The position numbers and the translations under genes are program-made. This document shows positions 17,834-20,000 of a DNA stretch of 20,000 nt, piece after piece; position 1 is the stretch's first letter, and each line of letters opens with the position of its first letter. Source of the stretch: an uncultured virus (IMG/VR IMGVR_UViG_3300020447_000005) (taxonomy: Duplodnaviria; Heunggongvirae; Uroviricota; Caudoviricetes). The stretch is from IMG/VR virus record IMGVR_UViG_3300020447_000005; one strand, written 5' to 3'. Under the pieces are notes generated by a model. The model did no database searches, was not told the DNA's origin, and was given only the letters and a program-made list of their open reading frames with translations.

Positions 17834-18547
17834 CTAAATTCCCCCTTTTTCATTCAAAAATTTCGATAATGCACGTCGTATATCTTGTAAACAAGAATCT
17901 TTCATAGACTCACGGTCGTCATTTATTAGTTCAGCCCACTCCGGATGTGTATCAGTTCTTTCAACATCCAGACTACAACTCCAATCCGTGTCACCCTCAT
18001 ATGCAACGCTAACCGTATCGACGCCAGTATAACTCAAAAACTCTGCGATAATCCAGTCATCTACGTAACGAGAAGACAATGGAATCTCTACGTTAAGTAG
18101 CCCTAGTAACATGTGCTTCCGACATCCAAATCCCTTAAACCCTTCCAAGGTATCGTTACACATACAAGAAACGTTGTTAGGGTTCGCATGTACGCTATCA
18201 GTTAACAAACAAAACACGTCCTTGCGGTACACGATGTCGTCGTCGCACACAATGATAATATCGTCGTCCCGAATCCGTTTGTCACGGAGCGCTGAAAGTA
18301 ACTTCGTGATAGGTCCTTCGTCAACCTCCACGTAATTGATTTCAAAGACACTAGACTCTAAGTCGTGGATAGTGTCTGGAACGACGTAGAGAGTGCCGTC
18401 CTTTGCCGACGTGGGAGGAATCTGCAAGAGTAGCTTTTTCCCTTCGCCTATGATGGAAAGGGTGTGACGCAAATTTTGCTCAAACCACGGATCCACTAAA
18501 CGCTCAGGAACGGTGGTCATCGTAATAAAAGTACGAGTCCCTACCAT
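17834..18547 (-). CDS. GT-A-fold glycosyltransferase-like protein, 237 aa
   Basis: ITMTTVPERL, DEGPITKLL, DDIIIVCDDDIVY, LEGFKG, YVDDWIIAEFL. Confidence 0.8.
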   Translation of the reverse strand: MVGTRTFITMTTVPERLVDPWFEQNLRHTLSIIGEGKKLLLQIPPTSAKDGTLYVVPDTIHDLESSVFEINYVEVDEGPITKLLSALRDKRIRDDDIIIVCDDDIVYRKDVFCLLTDSVHANPNNVSCMCNDTLEGFKGFGCRKHMLLGLLNVEIPLSSRYVDDWIIAEFLSYTGVDTVSVAYEGDTDWSCSLDVERTDTHPEWAELINDDRESMKDSCLQDIRRALSKFLNEKGGI

Positions 18548-18549
18548 CG

Positions 18550-18567
18550 CTAAATACTACTATTTAA
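18550..18567. promoter_or_regulatory. Near-palindromic site TAAATA-CTAC-TATTTA, second copy
   Basis: 17/18 identical to 6299-6316. It abuts the ATG of an SD-less gene (start 18547). Confidence 0.55.
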
Positions 18568-18579
18568 GGGATATAAAAA

Positions 18580-18966
18580 TGGTGAGCTGAACAACCGCAC
18601 TAGGATAGATAAAAAGAAAGTAGGCGCGAAGCCCAGACATCACTTTCTCCTTACCAGCCTGCGGCTCTTGTTTCTACCAAACAGAGGAGCCTAGTTTTGC
18701 GTGTAGGTATAAACAAGGCGAAGGAGCCTAGGATACTGAAAACCCCTGAGCCCACCGCGCCGGTTGTTCGAGACCTTGTTAACGAGGATTTTTCCCAGCA
18801 AGGTCCGTAAACAGATACCCGAAGTTCCTGTTCACACATTAGTTGCTCGTGTGGTCAGGTTCCCGAATAACCCACCTCGCCCAAGCAACCCGCTAACTCA
18901 CCCAGTAGTCGGTTCATGACTAGTGTCCATGTCTTGCGATATCCTCCATGAATATGCGGGTTATGC
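18580..18966 (-). ncRNA. Candidate structured non-coding RNA (~390 nt), family not recognised
   Basis: At least eight helices found by eye, a C(UUCG)G loop, wobble positions that are G-U only on the minus strand, and two long-range complementary segments in pseudoknot order. Confidence 0.55.
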
Positions 18967-20000
18967 TTAGAATCGCCCCGATGACTCTTCAGGACCTGCG
19001 TTTCGCTCTCCTGTAGCCTTTTCTAGTTCTGTTTGCTCACCTCTGTATTGCTGTATCATCGAAGCTTGGTCTTCTGGGGACAAAGCACTGAAAGAATCTT
19101 GCTGTGCCTGCGGCAAGCTCTCAAAGAAAGCCCTCTCTTGTGCAGTAAATCTAGCGTCCTCTTGCCCAACTGCTTGATCAAGACCGCTGGGTGCGCTAGG
19201 AGCCCCTCCGCCCTGCTGCTGCTTCATGTATTGAGCAATAAGAGGAACAGCCATCGTTGCAAGACCTCCCATTCCAGCACCCTTGCTACCGCTAAGGAGA
19301 CCGCCAATACCCAGACCACCGCCCGCCATCAACATAATCTTCATCAATGGGTTCATCTGGGAAGGATCTATCCCAATCAGTTTAAGAATCGGGTCAATTA
19401 CGCCAGCCATGCCAGAGATGGACTTCATAAATCCACCGCCCTGCTCAGCCATCTCCAATGCATTCTGAATTTTCGGATTTGACATAACCTCCTGCATAGA
19501 CTTTTGGCGAGCCGCTTCAACTTTACTGTCAATCGCCCCGCCTACCCCCGCAATACCAGCCCCAGCAAGTGCTGGAGATGAATAAAGCCCTGCTTGACTT
19601 GCAAAATTACGAGCGGTTCCAGGTTTACCTAGATACTTAGCTGCCGTAGCCGCACCCCGCTGAGAAATAGCACCGCCTGGAGATAAGTCAGGTAAACTTC
19701 TAGGCCCCGTACGAGTCCTAGAAAAACGTGTACCTGCCGGACCAAAACCCTTCCCGCCAGGAATCTTAGCGGTCCAGCCAGGAAGCTTTTGCCCTTTCAC
19801 CAACGGACTTGCAAAACCACCAAGGGCTCCCAACTGACCAAAGCGCCCACCAGTGTCTATGCCAGCTAAGCCAGCCGTTTCATCACCTACCATACCCATG
19901 AATCCGCCAGTCAATGCACGTCCGCCAGCCGCTCGAGCAGGCGCTCCCATGCGAGGCATTGCACGACCAAAGGCAGCACCACCAGCCATCATGGGATATT
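18967..20000 (-). CDS. Gly/Ala/Met-rich hypothetical protein (>=341 aa, probably N-terminally truncated by the window edge)
   Basis: The frame is open to position 20000. It has glycine-rich hydrophobic segments and a Q/E-rich C-terminus, similar in composition to the 1094-aa protein. Confidence 0.85.
   Translation of the reverse strand, partial: YPMMAGGAAFGRAMPRMGAPARAAGGRALTGGFMGMVGDETAGLAGIDTGGRFGQLGALGGFASPLVKGQKLPGWTAKIPGGKGFGPAGTRFSRTRTGPRSLPDLSPGGAISQRGAATAAKYLGKPGTARNFASQAGLYSSPALAGAGIAGVGGAIDSKVEAARQKSMQEVMSNPKIQNALEMAEQGGGFMKSISGMAGVIDPILKLIGIDPSQMNPLMKIMLMAGGGLGIGGLLSGSKGAGMGGLATMAVPLIAQYMKQQQGGGAPSAPSGLDQAVGQEDARFTAQERAFFESLPQAQQDSFSALSPEDQASMIQQYRGEQTELEKATGERNAGPEESSGRF

Noticed and set aside
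18580..18756. tmRNA/tRNA-like hints (ends in ...AGCTCACCA; GCA AAA CTA...TAG with the stop in a hairpin loop)
   Set aside because: There is no T-arm (GTTCRA), no G3-U70 acceptor stem, and the segment is far too short for tmRNA.
18745..18765. CCGGCGCGGTGGGCTCA resembles the Alu/7SL 5' end, and CAGGCTGGTAAGGAG loosely resembles SRP helix 8
   Set aside because: The matches are short and the required SRP pairings are absent.
18651..18839. 62-aa ORF inside the intergenic region
   Set aside because: No SD or recognisable protein features, and it lies within the heavily base-paired region. It is not formally excluded.
6096..19482. Remaining plus-strand ORFs and the nested minus-strand ORF 13076..13261
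   Set aside because: All overlap better-supported minus-strand genes and show no motifs or RBS.

Overview
Every credible gene in this 20 kb window is on the minus strand, tightly packed, with no housekeeping genes. It looks most like part of a large (jumbo-type) bacteriophage genome. That assignment is an inference: no capsid, terminase or integrase is present. The ORF track misses a giant gene at <1..5243 (at least 1747 aa, running off the left edge). It encodes a beta-helix-like N-terminal domain, six Ig-like repeats and at least four LamG/ConA-like domains, and has no signal peptide. The middle of the window is a glycan synthesis and modification cluster: a DegT aminotransferase, an N-formyltransferase, a GT9, several GT-A-like proteins and a sulfotransferase + SAM-methyltransferase + GT2 + TPR fusion. 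A 1094-aa Gly/Ala-rich protein fuses a permuted papain-like (NlpC/P60) domain to an ATP-grasp domain. Non-coding signals are a ~390-nt intergenic region (18580-18966) with many helices and a possible long-range pseudoknot, a repeated GCCAAGGARGGC hairpin over three ribosome-binding sites (CsrA/RsmA-site-like), a repeated TAAATA-N4-TATTTA palindrome and one strong terminator. All domain calls come from reading motifs by eye; no searches were run.
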